A DNA stretch of 64,000 nucleotides from Simkaniaceae bacterium (GTDB taxonomy: Bacteria; Chlamydiota; Chlamydiia; Chlamydiales; Simkaniaceae): the NCBI GenBank assembly GCA_050248615.1, contig JBFWSA010000005.1:1843-65842 (forward strand). Reading direction: 5' to 3'. The notes beneath the pieces are model-generated. The model saw nothing but the letters and a program-made list of their open reading frames with translations. It was not told where the DNA came from and made no database searches. How positions within the stretch are numbered: position 1 is the stretch's first letter; the number at the start of each line of letters is the position of its first letter. A program made the position numbers and the translations under genes. Shown in pieces: positions 32,198 to 41,850 of this stretch.

Positions 32198-33142
32198 ATG
32201 GGAATCTTTCTAGTAATTTTTATGTATGCGGCTTGGTCGAGCATTTTCTCTCTCGGGAAAATGGCCCTCGAAAATAGCCCTCCTCTTTTCCTGACCGGAT
32301 TCCGGATGGTTTTTGCCGGTATCCTTTTGCTCTCCTGGATTTTTATTAAAAACCGGAGTAGCCTGAAAATTGGAAAGAAACAGATTCTCCCTCTCCTAGC
32401 CCTTGCGGTTTTTAGCATTTATCTAACAAATATTTTAGAATTTTGGGGACTTCAGCATCTTTCTGCCGCCAAAACCTGTTTTATCTATGGCCTCTCCCCC
32501 TTCTTCGCAGCAATCTTCTCCTATATTCATTTCGGCGAGAAGATGAATAGACGAAAGCTTTTAGGGATGCTCATCGGCTTTGCTGGCTTTGTTCCCGTCC
32601 TCATGCTCCAAACAGGATCTGAAAATCTCCTCACCGCTTTTAGCGTTTTTTCTTGGCCCGAACTAGCCATTATGGGGGCAGCTCTTTTCTCCATCTATGG
32701 GTGGGTCCTTCTCCGCATTGTTGTAAAAAATCAAACCCTTTCTCCTCTGTATGCCAATGGGTATAGCATGTTACTCGGGGGGACATTCGCCTTTGTTCAC
32801 TCCTTTTTTATCGATAATTGGAATCCAATTCCCATTGCGGCAGGGAAATTAGCCCCTTTCATTTATGGAATCTCTCTGATGACCCTGATCTCCAATATTC
32901 TCTGCTATAACCTCTATGGATTCATGCTGCGCAAATATACCGCTACCTTCCTCTCCTTCGTCGGACTTTTAAGCCCGATCTTTGCTTCACTTAATAGTTG
33001 GATTCTCCTGGGAGAAACGCCCTCATGGGTCATCCTCCTTTCTACAGCAGTCGTTTCTCTGGGTCTTTTTATCGTCTATCAAGCCGAGCTCAAACAGGGC
33101 TATATTGTCAAAAAAGAAGAACAGCTTGCCAAAGCCTCTTAG
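32198..33142 (+). CDS. EamA/DMT-family transporter
   Basis: 314 aa, 10 hydrophobic helices in two EamA-like halves. Confidence 0.8.
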   Translation: MGIFLVIFMYAAWSSIFSLGKMALENSPPLFLTGFRMVFAGILLLSWIFIKNRSSLKIGKKQILPLLALAVFSIYLTNILEFWGLQHLSAAKTCFIYGLSPFFAAIFSYIHFGEKMNRRKLLGMLIGFAGFVPVLMLQTGSENLLTAFSVFSWPELAIMGAALFSIYGWVLLRIVVKNQTLSPLYANGYSMLLGGTFAFVHSFFIDNWNPIPIAAGKLAPFIYGISLMTLISNILCYNLYGFMLRKYTATFLSFVGLLSPIFASLNSWILLGETPSWVILLSTAVVSLGLFIVYQAELKQGYIVKKEEQLAKAS

Positions 33143-33930
33143 CTTTCTATGAGACGTCCGACAAAAATCCTTTTATAGTGTTGGCGCCCCTTTTTCGACC
33201 ATTGAAGGATATAGCAATTTTCGCTCATATGAGATAAGTACAGGCGAGAAGTTCCGATCCCACTGTGCTCCGGATAGCGAGAATCTGAAGCCCCATGAGC
33301 TTTCCGCGTGCAGTCAATGATGGAAAAGGAAAAATACCCCTCCTCTTCTTGATAAACATTTTGCACAATCATCACATGCGTCCCTGTCTGCTGGTCAAAA
33401 CAATCTTCGGAAGAGCTCCTTGGAGAATACTCTAAGGGCAAATAAACCATCACATCTCCCGGCTTGACTGATTGCATATCATCAATAGGCATCCAGTATT
33501 TCAACTTACACCGCTGAAAGGTCATGGCTATATTGTAAGGGCAAGGAATCCCATCAAACGAAGCGGGAATGCCCTCTTTTTTCTCTAATTCTATCATCGT
33601 TCTCACCAACTCCTTTTGAGCCGCTGGAGCCGCTATCTTGAGAAAATGATTCACAAATCCGTAGCAATTAAAGTAGTACTTTTCCTCCATAATCGCATTG
33701 ACATGGGAGTAGGAAGAAAGACTTCTATTGACTGCAACTCTATTAACCATACTTTGCGCTTTAAGTAAAAGCGTTTCGCAGGCAAAAAGGGGCTTAAAAG
33801 CAGGAAAAGAGACGGGTAAGATAGGAGCTTTACAGGGAACAACAGGCGGGACTTGAGAACTCCCTTCAAAAAGACACCCGACGGTGCGGCAAACAGAGGA
33901 TACAGGAGAATCAATGACTCCATGTAACAC
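33139..33930 (-). CDS. hypothetical protein, possible NlpC/P60-like papain-fold hydrolase
   Basis: 263 aa. NCYGFVNHF (Cys at a helix start) followed by KPGDVMVY...GTHVMIVQ resembles the Cys/His arrangement of NlpC/P60. Confidence 0.35.
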   Translation of the reverse strand: MLHGVIDSPVSSVCRTVGCLFEGSSQVPPVVPCKAPILPVSFPAFKPLFACETLLLKAQSMVNRVAVNRSLSSYSHVNAIMEEKYYFNCYGFVNHFLKIAAPAAQKELVRTMIELEKKEGIPASFDGIPCPYNIAMTFQRCKLKYWMPIDDMQSVKPGDVMVYLPLEYSPRSSSEDCFDQQTGTHVMIVQNVYQEEEGYFSFSIIDCTRKAHGASDSRYPEHSGIGTSRLYLSHMSENCYILQWSKKGRQHYKRIFVGRLIES

Positions 33931-34014
33931 TAAGTCTTTTAAATATCCTGATTCAGAGATAGAAAAACTTGAAATACATTTACTAGCGAATAGGAACCTC
34001 CTAGTTTAAATGAT

Positions 34015-34049
34015 TATACTCAAACAACTTCAAAAGTTGTTTGAGTATA
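34015..34049. repeat. short (35 bp) perfect palindromic form of FB-A
   Basis: TATACTCAAACAACTTCAAAAGTTGTTTGAGTATA. It encodes the last 9 codons and the stop of the GH1 gene on the minus strand. Confidence 0.8.
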
Positions 34050-35540
34050 AAAAAGGGGAAGGGACTGTGCACCCTCCCTCAAGTGACCTTCTTGATCACA
34101 TAATCCGAAATTATGCCCCCATCCTAAATTCCATTCAAAGTTTTTCATCAAAGACCAGACATAAATGCCTTGAACATCTACCCCTTCCTTCATCGCTTCT
34201 GCAATTGCATAAAGGGCCCGGAGCATATACCGCTGATACTGCTCTTCATCTTCTGTTGAAATGCCTACCTCCGTCACAAACAAAGGTTTCCCCGTTTTTT
34301 CATGCATTTCCCTAAGAGCCTCATAGATCGCAGCAGGATCTTCTCGAAATTCCATTTGGGTCATCGCTTCATGGGGGTAATGGGAAGACTCGAGGATATT
34401 CCATCCAAAAACTTGAGCCAGTAAAGGACGTGCATAGCAATTGACCCCAATAAAATCGTTCAGCTGGGTTATTTCTTTTTCCTCAAAAGAAACATTAGCA
34501 AAAAAAGGCATCTGATAATGAAAGATCCCACTGGATAAAAACTCCATCACAACACCGTGTGTCATCCGCGTGAGATAGTCAGCTGCAAGGACTTCAAGGG
34601 GATTCCATGTGTGATAAGGGACAAAGCGAAGCGCTTGATGCACAAGACCTATCTGCGCCTCTTCATGAAGAGGTTTAAGGGCACGGTAAGTTTCGCAGTG
34701 GGCTTTAAGGAGGTTTTTCAAGACCTCAGCAGAAAGTCCGCTACCGATTTGATTTGGAGGAAAGTGCCCCATTACGTAACCTGAAAAAGCGACAATCCCG
34801 GGTTCATTAATCGTGCACCACAAATGCACATAAGAAGAGAGCTTGTTAAAAACGACCTTTGAAAATTCCACAAAAAGGCCAATATTTTCTTCCTTTTCAA
34901 ATCCCCCTAAATGGGTGAACCAGAGAGGATCGGTAAAATGGTGGAGGGTAACCATAGGCTCAATACCCGCCTCTTTTAAAAGCTTACAAAAATAGAGATA
35001 GTGATTGAGAGCGTCTTCATCAAATACCCCTTCCTGTGGCTCAATTTTGCTCCACTCAACAGAAAACCGAAAGGTGTTCATCCCAAGATTTTTTAAGATT
35101 TGGACAAAAGCTTCGGGACGATTCCATAAGTCACACGCCACCCCAGACTGCTGCTCCATGGGGAGATTTTCTCTTTCCCACTCTGCCCACTGGTTGTTGG
35201 GGCAATTTTCCATCCCCGAGTACTGGTATTCGCTAGAGGCCGCTCCTCTAAGGGGAGACAGCATGACTTCTTGAATATGGATAGCCTCCCAAAGCTCCGA
35301 GCATTGAGCAACAGCGGCAAAACCTTCAGGGTTTTGCTGAAAGGAGCGAGCAGTAAAACGGGCAAGAGAGGAAATAACTGCACAAGGAAGAAAGAGGGCA
35401 AACTGAATGAAACGATAAAATATTTCTGTTACATCTTTGACAAAATTTTCTTCTTCACTGAAGAAAGGGGGGAGTAGAGCGGCTTCGAGCCCCTCCCAGA
35501 TCATGGCGTTAAAACCGCCATCAACAGAATCAATCGACAC
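34020..35540 (-). CDS. glycoside hydrolase family 1 beta-glucosidase with an N-terminal hydrophobic extension
   Basis: 506 aa. TLHHFTDPLWF, acid/base TINEP, nucleophile FVTEVGIS. About 95 extra N-terminal residues include a hydrophobic segment. The C-terminal YTQTTFEVV* is repeat-derived. Confidence 0.85.
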   Translation of the reverse strand: MSIDSVDGGFNAMIWEGLEAALLPPFFSEEENFVKDVTEIFYRFIQFALFLPCAVISSLARFTARSFQQNPEGFAAVAQCSELWEAIHIQEVMLSPLRGAASSEYQYSGMENCPNNQWAEWERENLPMEQQSGVACDLWNRPEAFVQILKNLGMNTFRFSVEWSKIEPQEGVFDEDALNHYLYFCKLLKEAGIEPMVTLHHFTDPLWFTHLGGFEKEENIGLFVEFSKVVFNKLSSYVHLWCTINEPGIVAFSGYVMGHFPPNQIGSGLSAEVLKNLLKAHCETYRALKPLHEEAQIGLVHQALRFVPYHTWNPLEVLAADYLTRMTHGVVMEFLSSGIFHYQMPFFANVSFEEKEITQLNDFIGVNCYARPLLAQVFGWNILESSHYPHEAMTQMEFREDPAAIYEALREMHEKTGKPLFVTEVGISTEDEEQYQRYMLRALYAIAEAMKEGVDVQGIYVWSLMKNFEWNLGWGHNFGLCDQEGHLREGAQSLPLFYTQTTFEVV

Positions 35541-35556
35541 AAATCCCCCAAGAAAA

Positions 35557-35633
35557 TGGTGCGGTTACCAAGACTTGAACTTGGGACCTCGACATTATCA
35601 GTGTCGCGCTCTAACCAACTGAGCTATAACCGC
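35557..35633 (-). tRNA. tRNA-Ile (anticodon GAT), CCA encoded
   Basis: The reverse complement folds as a cloverleaf: acceptor GCGGTTA/TAACCGC, D stem GCTC/GAGC, anticodon stem CGACA/TGTCG with loop CTGATAA, T stem CCAAG/CTTGG, 3' ACCA. Confidence 0.95.
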
Positions 35634-35649
35634 TAAGCGTTGTGGAAAA

Positions 35650-35722
35650 TGGAGGCTAGGAGAGTCGAACTCCTGACCTTCTGAATGCAAATCAGACGCT
35701 CTACCAACTGAGCTAAGCCCCC
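35650..35722 (-). tRNA. tRNA-Ala (anticodon TGC), CCA not encoded
   Basis: Cloverleaf: acceptor GGGGGCT/AGCCTCC with the G3:U70 alanine identity pair, anticodon stem TCTGA/TCAGA with loop TTTGCAT, T stem AGGAG/CTCCT. Confidence 0.95.
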
Positions 35723-36006
35723 ACATTATTCACGTGGGATGGATCCCATTAAACCTAAAACGATACAAGAAAAGTTCTATTTCCTGCAAGAATGGATCCA
35801 TTTTGAAAAAAATTTTTCTTTTTTCTTCACAAAATCTCCCTAAATTGAGAGAATATTCCCATATTGAGGAGTTCTTTCATGGCACCTTCCACGCACTAGC
35901 TTAATTAGCTATTTCAAACCTTTATTGGTCACCACGCTCAATTTTCGAGCGCATGCTTTTTATTTATATATTTTTTTTTATTTTCTTTGTTGTATTAGGT
36001 GCATTT

Positions 36007-37419
36007 ATGAATACAAATGAAATCCAAGAGGGATCTCTCAGGCAACTGTGGAAAGTGTCTGCATCCCTAATGATCTCCTTTCTCTCCATGGTCTCCATGA
36101 TGTTTGTGGACCGCCTGTTTCTTTCTTACTACTCAACAGATGCACTGAATGCTGCTGCAAGTGCGGGTACTCTCTTTTGGGCAGGTAACTTCATGTGGGT
36201 AACCTTAGCAGCTATGTCTGAGGTGTTTGTCGCTCAATATAATGGGGCTAAACGTTACGATAAATTGGGAGAACCCGTCTGGCAAATGATCTATCTCTCG
36301 GGACTATCCTGTATCTTTTTCTTCCTTGTTGCCCACTTTGGAAGCGCCTTCATGCTAAAAAGTGGATTCATGAATCAAAATGAAGCCGAATATTTCCGTT
36401 GGAATAGCTACTTTTCTCCGTGCTGGACTCTGTTGACTGCTTTGGGATCCTTTTACATTGGACAAGGCAAGACAAGTATTATTAAATGGATGGGAATCCT
36501 AGGAAACACCGTAAATGTGATCTTAGACCCCCTCTTCATATTTGGAGTGGAAGGGTGGATCCCCGCCATGGGAATCAAAGGGGCAGCCATTGCAACAGGA
36601 ATCGGCATTGTTGTACAAATTGTCATTTTAGGTTGCCTATTCTTGCACCCTAAAAATCAATCCACTTTTGGAACGGGAAAATATCAATTTCGCCCTCAAG
36701 CTTTTTATAAATGCCTAAAGGTGGGCATTTCCCCTGCGATCTTCGTCCTCTTCGAGTTACTCGGCTGGGCGGCCTTCTATATGATGATGGAGCGGATCAG
36801 TGGAAAACATATTTTGGTTGCCAGTGTCACCCAAAGTATCTTGATCCTTTTCATCTTCTTTGGAATGGCCCTAGAAAAGGGGGCTGCAGCTGTCTCTGGA
36901 AACTTAATCGGAGGAAAAAGGCTGGGCGAAGTCACCCGTGTTTTTAAGTCAGGACTTAAACTTACCCTCTTTTTCGGGTTGTTTTTAGGAGCCATCCTAG
37001 GAGGCTTTTCTGACTATTTAATGGACTGGTTTTTTAAAAACCCAGAAGCTCTCAGCACCTCCGCCTTGGGGATTTCCCCTGAGATGCTTGCTGAGGTTAA
37101 AATAGCCTTGCGCACAGCAATGGTTGCCATTGTGATCTACCTCACTCTAGAAAATGTTCGCTGGCTTCTCAGTGGAATTTTAACTTCTGCAGGAGATACC
37201 TTCTTCTTAATGGTAGCAGGAGCCTCTTCGATTTGGCTTTTCATGCTCTTACCCACCTATTTTTTCGTGATGCGCCCCAAAGCCAATATCGAAGTCGCCT
37301 TCTACATCTGGATTTTCTATAGCGTTATGGCATCCTGTCTCCTCACATGGCGTTTTTTGCATGGAAAATGGAAAGAAAAGCACTTAATTGAAGAAGAGCC
37401 CGTCTTAGTCGCTGACTAA
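36007..37419 (+). CDS. MATE-family efflux transporter
   Basis: 12 hydrophobic helices with a typical MATE N-terminus (LWKVSASLMISFLSMVSMMFVDRLFL). The start is taken at MNTNE; the ORF is open from 35953. Confidence 0.8.
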   Translation: MNTNEIQEGSLRQLWKVSASLMISFLSMVSMMFVDRLFLSYYSTDALNAAASAGTLFWAGNFMWVTLAAMSEVFVAQYNGAKRYDKLGEPVWQMIYLSGLSCIFFFLVAHFGSAFMLKSGFMNQNEAEYFRWNSYFSPCWTLLTALGSFYIGQGKTSIIKWMGILGNTVNVILDPLFIFGVEGWIPAMGIKGAAIATGIGIVVQIVILGCLFLHPKNQSTFGTGKYQFRPQAFYKCLKVGISPAIFVLFELLGWAAFYMMMERISGKHILVASVTQSILILFIFFGMALEKGAAAVSGNLIGGKRLGEVTRVFKSGLKLTLFFGLFLGAILGGFSDYLMDWFFKNPEALSTSALGISPEMLAEVKIALRTAMVAIVIYLTLENVRWLLSGILTSAGDTFFLMVAGASSIWLFMLLPTYFFVMRPKANIEVAFYIWIFYSVMASCLLTWRFLHGKWKEKHLIEEEPVLVAD

Positions 37420-38781
37420 AGAATGGCCTGTCGCCTGCCAAGCATGGACACCTCCAGGGATATGGGAAATCGCCTCATATCCCCTACGTTTAGCAAGACT
37501 TGCTGCTAAAATAGAGCGGTACCCTCCGGCACAGACAAAAACCAATGGGCTTTTAGGAAGCTCATTAATCCGCTGAGGGAGATCTAAACACGGAAGATGC
37601 TTTGCACCCACAATATGCCCCATCATCCATTCCTCCATCGAGCGGACATCGATCACCTGGCATTCAGACCTTTTCTTCTCTACTTCATGGGGAGACATCT
37701 CGCCGATTTTTTGTAGGGGCAATTGAGCCTGCTTCCAGGATTCCATGCCCCCTTTGAGATACCCTTGGACTTGGGAAAGCCCTACCCGCGCTAGAGCATT
37801 TACCGCTTCTTGAATATGGGTAGGATCATCGGTCACCAGGAGCAAGGGGGTGTCATAAGGAACAACCCAAGAGGCCCAAAAACCCACCTTAGCCCCAGCC
37901 CCAATACAAATCGCTCCAGGAATATGTCCACCGCTAAAAGACTTTTGATCTCTGAGGTCAATAATCACATGCCCTCTCACCATGCATTTTTGATATTCCC
38001 CTACATCCATCGGATGAGGAAAAGAAACTTTATTCCTCTCACCAGAGACATTGTATGCTTTCATGCGAAAAAAGTAATCGGGACAAGGAATAGGGTGTAA
38101 CAAAGCACATTCAACGCACTCTTTCTCACTCATATTTGGCCTTAAATAGGGGTTCGTCAGACGTTCTTGCCCTAAAGTAGAAAAGCTCTGATCTCTCACC
38201 CCCGCTGCACAAAAAGAACCCGCCCCATGAGCAGGATAAATCTGGATAGCATTCGGAAGGGGATAAAGCTTCGTTTTGATGGATTGATAGAGTTTCTTTG
38301 CTAAGGGACGCGCAGTCTCTTCCCCCAAAAGATCGGGGCGACCAAAGGAGCCATAAATCAAAAAATCCCCTGAAAAAAGGGCTTTAGGCTCCCCCTTTTC
38401 ATAAGCAAGAAAAGAGATGTGTTCAGGTGTGTGCCCAGGGGTATGTAATACCTCTAATAGAATAGAGCCTAGTTTAATCCGGTCTCCATCTAAACACTCT
38501 TTATGGGGAAATTGCACTTCATATTTTTCTCCCTTGTCATATCCTGAAAGCATTAATGTTGCGCGCGCGCGCATCGCTAAATAGCGCGCACCTGAAGCAT
38601 AATCTGCATGAATATGGGTCTCAAAAACATGGGAAATCACAAGCCCATTTTTCTCAGCATATTCTAAGTAGATCTCGACATCAAACCGGGGGTCAATGAT
38701 CGCAATCTGCCCCTTTTCTCTGCATCCTACTGCATAGGAATAATGAGAAAGTCCCCTTTCTTCAAATCTCTCAACTAGCAT
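37405..38781 (-). CDS. MBL-fold hydrolase fused to two rhodanese domains (persulfide-dioxygenase-like)
   Basis: 458 aa. ETHIHADYASG metal motif and HTPGHTPEH. The C-terminal half has two rhodanese-like modules, the last with the loop CAGGYRS. Confidence 0.7.
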   Translation of the reverse strand: MLVERFEERGLSHYSYAVGCREKGQIAIIDPRFDVEIYLEYAEKNGLVISHVFETHIHADYASGARYLAMRARATLMLSGYDKGEKYEVQFPHKECLDGDRIKLGSILLEVLHTPGHTPEHISFLAYEKGEPKALFSGDFLIYGSFGRPDLLGEETARPLAKKLYQSIKTKLYPLPNAIQIYPAHGAGSFCAAGVRDQSFSTLGQERLTNPYLRPNMSEKECVECALLHPIPCPDYFFRMKAYNVSGERNKVSFPHPMDVGEYQKCMVRGHVIIDLRDQKSFSGGHIPGAICIGAGAKVGFWASWVVPYDTPLLLVTDDPTHIQEAVNALARVGLSQVQGYLKGGMESWKQAQLPLQKIGEMSPHEVEKKRSECQVIDVRSMEEWMMGHIVGAKHLPCLDLPQRINELPKSPLVFVCAGGYRSILAASLAKRRGYEAISHIPGGVHAWQATGHSLVSD

Positions 38782-39580
38782 CTCTCCACCCTAAATTAAG
38801 TGCCCATGAATCATCCTTTTCATACCCCCAATCGATCAAAATATCTCCTAATTCTTCGACAAACCGCTCGACATGCTGGGGCTTAAAGTGCTCTTTCCAA
38901 GAACCGACTTGCCCTTTTCGAAAGGTCCAAGAAGTCCCATAAAGATTATCGACAACATAACGGATTTTTTCTTCAGTCAGAGGAATTTCTAAAAAAGCTG
39001 CAATTTGAATAATGGCTTCTCGCTGCGCTTCAGCACTTCCTCCCCCTTTTTCCCCTACAAGATCTTCAAAGCGGATAAGGCAAAAGTTGCTTCGATGAGA
39101 AAAAATCTTGAGCTTATCATATTCCCATCGAAAACCTGAAAAAATAAGAGGCCAAGAAGGATCCATAGAGATCAGGAGTTTTTCGTCATAGGTGGACCCA
39201 TTCCAATAGTCAACCATCCCTTGAGTCACCCCTTTTCTTCCCGTCCAAACAAACATTTCCTGATCTACTTCAGCTCCCGATTTTCCCTCAAAGTAGGTCT
39301 CTGTAATCCTCAGCAAAGAAACAACTACATCTCTAGGGTCTCTCATAATAGAGATAATCTTTAACCCTTTATGGAAGTACAAGTAATCTACATTTGGAGA
39401 AGAAAAATGGAGGTAGTAGGGATAGGGTTTCCCGAGGAGTTCGATGCAACGATTGAGCAAATTACTCCCCCCTTTTCGAATGGTGAGGACTAAAAAACCT
39501 TGAGCATAGGCTTCTTCATATCCTCCAAACACTCCGATAGTCAGCAATAACAAACACCCTATTTTTCGAAACATCGACAC
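38771..39580 (-). CDS. sulfotransferase-domain protein with signal peptide (eukaryote-type Sulfotransfer_1-like)
   Basis: 269 aa. Hydrophobic N-terminus; MRDPRDVVVSL (3'-phosphate-binding RDPRD..VS) and FRKGQVGSWKEHF (cf. RKG..GDWKN.F of cytosolic sulfotransferases). Confidence 0.6.
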   Translation of the reverse strand: MSMFRKIGCLLLLTIGVFGGYEEAYAQGFLVLTIRKGGSNLLNRCIELLGKPYPYYLHFSSPNVDYLYFHKGLKIISIMRDPRDVVVSLLRITETYFEGKSGAEVDQEMFVWTGRKGVTQGMVDYWNGSTYDEKLLISMDPSWPLIFSGFRWEYDKLKIFSHRSNFCLIRFEDLVGEKGGGSAEAQREAIIQIAAFLEIPLTEEKIRYVVDNLYGTSWTFRKGQVGSWKEHFKPQHVERFVEELGDILIDWGYEKDDSWALNLGWRDAS

Positions 39581-39632
39581 GATCCTTATTTTTCAGATAG
39601 GAACTTTAAAGCTTCAAGAATTAGTGCGCAAG

Positions 39633-39775
39633 TAGTGCCCCGTCATGAAAATTCTTAATGTTTGGGCTGACGTGAAAGTTCCCGTGATTTGTCGAATACA
39701 GCTAACCTTAAGATCGACAAAGCTCGGGATTTTGATGCAGCCGAAACATCAATCATTTTCGTGACGGGGGCACTA
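39633..39775. mobile_element. foldback MITE-like element, family FB-D (143 bp including terminal TA)
   Basis: TAGTGCCCCGTCATGAAAATTCTTAATGTTTGGGCTG...CAGCCGAAACATCAATCATTTTCGTGACGGGGGCACTA. Its last three bases are the complement of the typA stop codon. Confidence 0.75.
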
Positions 39776-41578
39776 GACTCTCTTCGATTTACGCTCGCTC
39801 TCTTTTAACCGCTTTTTGCGGAGGCGGATATTGCGAGGAGTCACTTCAACAAATTCATCATCTTGAATGAAGTCGATGGCTTGTTCGAGAGTCAAAACGG
39901 TGGGTGGGGTAAGAATTAAACTCTCATCAGCTCCTGAAGCGCGGATATTGGTCAGCTGCTTTTCTTTGGTAATGTTGACTGTGAGATCATTATCGCGACT
40001 ATTTTCTCCAATCACCATCCCTTCATAAACATCCTGTCCAGGCTTGATAAACAAAGAACCTCGATTTTGCAAGTTAAAGCAGGCATAAGCTGTGACTCTC
40101 CCTTGAGTCATCGAGATCAGAGCTCCATTTTTTCGTCCTGGAATCTCTCCTCGATACGGTCCGTAAGAATCAAAAATCGAGGTGAGGATCCCGAGTCCTC
40201 TTGTCACAGTAAGAAACTCATTGCGATACCCAATTAAGCCGCGCGTAGGCAGTAAAAACTCAATGGTCGTAATGTTATGTTCATTGGTATGAAAGTTCTG
40301 CATTTCTCCTTTGCGACGATTGAGCTCTTCAATGACTGTCCCTGAAAAGGTTTCGGGAACTTCAATATGGACACGCTCGATAGGTTCTTCTTTATTTTCC
40401 TTGAGAATGACTTTGGGTTTAGAAACTAAAAATTCATAGCCTTCTCGCCGCATCGCTTCAATGAGAATCGAGAGGTGAAGCTCTCCTCGACCCGCTACGC
40501 GAATGGCATCTTCACGTCCCGCAATCTCTTCGACGTGCAAAGAGACATTAGATCTTTTTTCATGAAGAAGACGGTCACGTATTTTGTTCATGGTAACATG
40601 CTTTCCGTCTCGCCCCACAAAAGGACCTGAGTTGACTGAAATTTCCACAGAAAGGGTTGGTTCTCCCAGTTCGATAGGAGGCAGTTGTTGCACATGATTC
40701 GGATGACATAGGGTATCTCCAATCATCACTTCAGGAGCTCCTGAAATACTCACAATATCCCCCACCCCTGCTTCATCCATTTCGACTTTTTTTAGCCCTA
40801 AGTAGCCGTCAATGCGAGTCACTTTATGATTGGTGGGATGTCCACTCCGATCGATGGCAGTAAAACTCTCCCCTTTCTTTATTTTTCCTTCTAAAATACG
40901 TCCCGTTGCTTGTCTTCCCAAAAAGTCGCTGTGAGAAAGGGTGCTCACTTGCATGAGAAAAGGAAGGTCCATATTTCCGGGAGGATGGGGAACTTTTGCA
41001 ATAACAAGTTCGAAAAGAGGGCGCATATTTTCTCTGGAATCTCCCTCTTTTAAAAAAGCATATCCTCCAATGGCCGATGTATAACAATAGGCAAAATCGA
41101 GTTGTTCATCTGTTGCACCTAGCTCGACAAAGAGATCAAACGTTTTGTTGAGAGCATTTTCTGGGTCGGCATGAGGCTTATCGATTTTATTTAAGACAAC
41201 AATCGGTCTCAGTCCCATTTTGAGCGCTTGAGAAAGAACAAAGCGGGTTTGAGGCATAGGCCCCTCCCCAGCATCTACAATGAGTAAAACAGAATTCACC
41301 ATCCCTAAAACACGTTCTACTTCTCCCGAGAAATCGGCATGTCCAGGGGTATCGATAATATTGATCTTATAGTCGTCCACATAAAGGCTTGTATGTTTTG
41401 CAAAGATAGTAATCCCCCGCTCTTTCTCAAGTTCATACGAGTCCATCGCCCTCTCAGGAATCGCTTCATTTTCTCGAAAAATAGCCGCTTGCTGAAGTAA
41501 GCAGTCTAGAAGGGTGGTTTTCCCATGATCAATATGGGCAATGATGGCAATATTACGAATTTTTTCTGGTGAGTACAT
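39773..41578 (-). CDS. typA: translational GTPase TypA/BipA
   Basis: 601 aa. [29 protein letters not shown]-like domains. Confidence 0.95.
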   Translation of the reverse strand: MYSPEKIRNIAIIAHIDHGKTTLLDCLLQQAAIFRENEAIPERAMDSYELEKERGITIFAKHTSLYVDDYKINIIDTPGHADFSGEVERVLGMVNSVLLIVDAGEGPMPQTRFVLSQALKMGLRPIVVLNKIDKPHADPENALNKTFDLFVELGATDEQLDFAYCYTSAIGGYAFLKEGDSRENMRPLFELVIAKVPHPPGNMDLPFLMQVSTLSHSDFLGRQATGRILEGKIKKGESFTAIDRSGHPTNHKVTRIDGYLGLKKVEMDEAGVGDIVSISGAPEVMIGDTLCHPNHVQQLPPIELGEPTLSVEISVNSGPFVGRDGKHVTMNKIRDRLLHEKRSNVSLHVEEIAGREDAIRVAGRGELHLSILIEAMRREGYEFLVSKPKVILKENKEEPIERVHIEVPETFSGTVIEELNRRKGEMQNFHTNEHNITTIEFLLPTRGLIGYRNEFLTVTRGLGILTSIFDSYGPYRGEIPGRKNGALISMTQGRVTAYACFNLQNRGSLFIKPGQDVYEGMVIGENSRDNDLTVNITKEKQLTNIRASGADESLILTPPTVLTLEQAIDFIQDDEFVEVTPRNIRLRKKRLKESERKSKRV

Positions 41579-41650
41579 GTTTTTTGAACCTATAATAAAA
41601 AGCCCAACGTTTATTGGGCTTCAATACCTAAGATACCTGAAACTTTCATT

Positions 41651-41814
41651 TATACTCAAACAACTTCAAAAGCTGGTTTTGGGCAAGCGCGAAAGCTTTC
41701 GGAATTTGTTGATCTTAAGTGACCTAATATTAGAAATATGAGGTCAATTAAGATCGGTAAATTACGGTGTTTTGGCGCAGTCGAAAATCCAACTTTTGAA
41801 GTTGTTTGGGTATA
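41651..41814. mobile_element. foldback MITE-like element, family FB-A (164 bp)
   Basis: TATACTCAAACAACTTCAAAAGCTGG...CCAACTTTTGAAGTTGTTTGGGTATA, in the same orientation as 24193 and 26200. It lies between the divergent typA and trkH genes. Confidence 0.9.
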
Positions 41815-41850
41815 TTGACAGCAAGAAAAAAAAGGAATAGTTTTTTGTGT

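Noticed and set aside
35557-35722. The tRNA-Ile/tRNA-Ala pair could indicate an adjacent rRNA operon, or a tRNA-targeted genomic island
   Set aside because: Both flanks are ordinary protein genes (GH1, MATE). No 16S/23S-like sequence, integrase or direct repeat of the tRNA 3' end was seen.
19018-41814. Repeated 164-bp FB-A sequences might be a CRISPR array
   Set aside because: The copies are kilobases apart with genes between them and one copy is inverted. Each unit is itself a long hairpin of 164 bp, far longer than CRISPR repeats. No cas genes are present.
41815-41843. TTGACA hexamer created right at the FB-A/flank junction upstream of trkH as an element-borne promoter
   Set aside because: The best downstream -10 candidate at 17-nt spacing (TAGTTT) is weak. 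With a single instance this cannot be told apart from chance, though it is worth testing if transcription start data exist.
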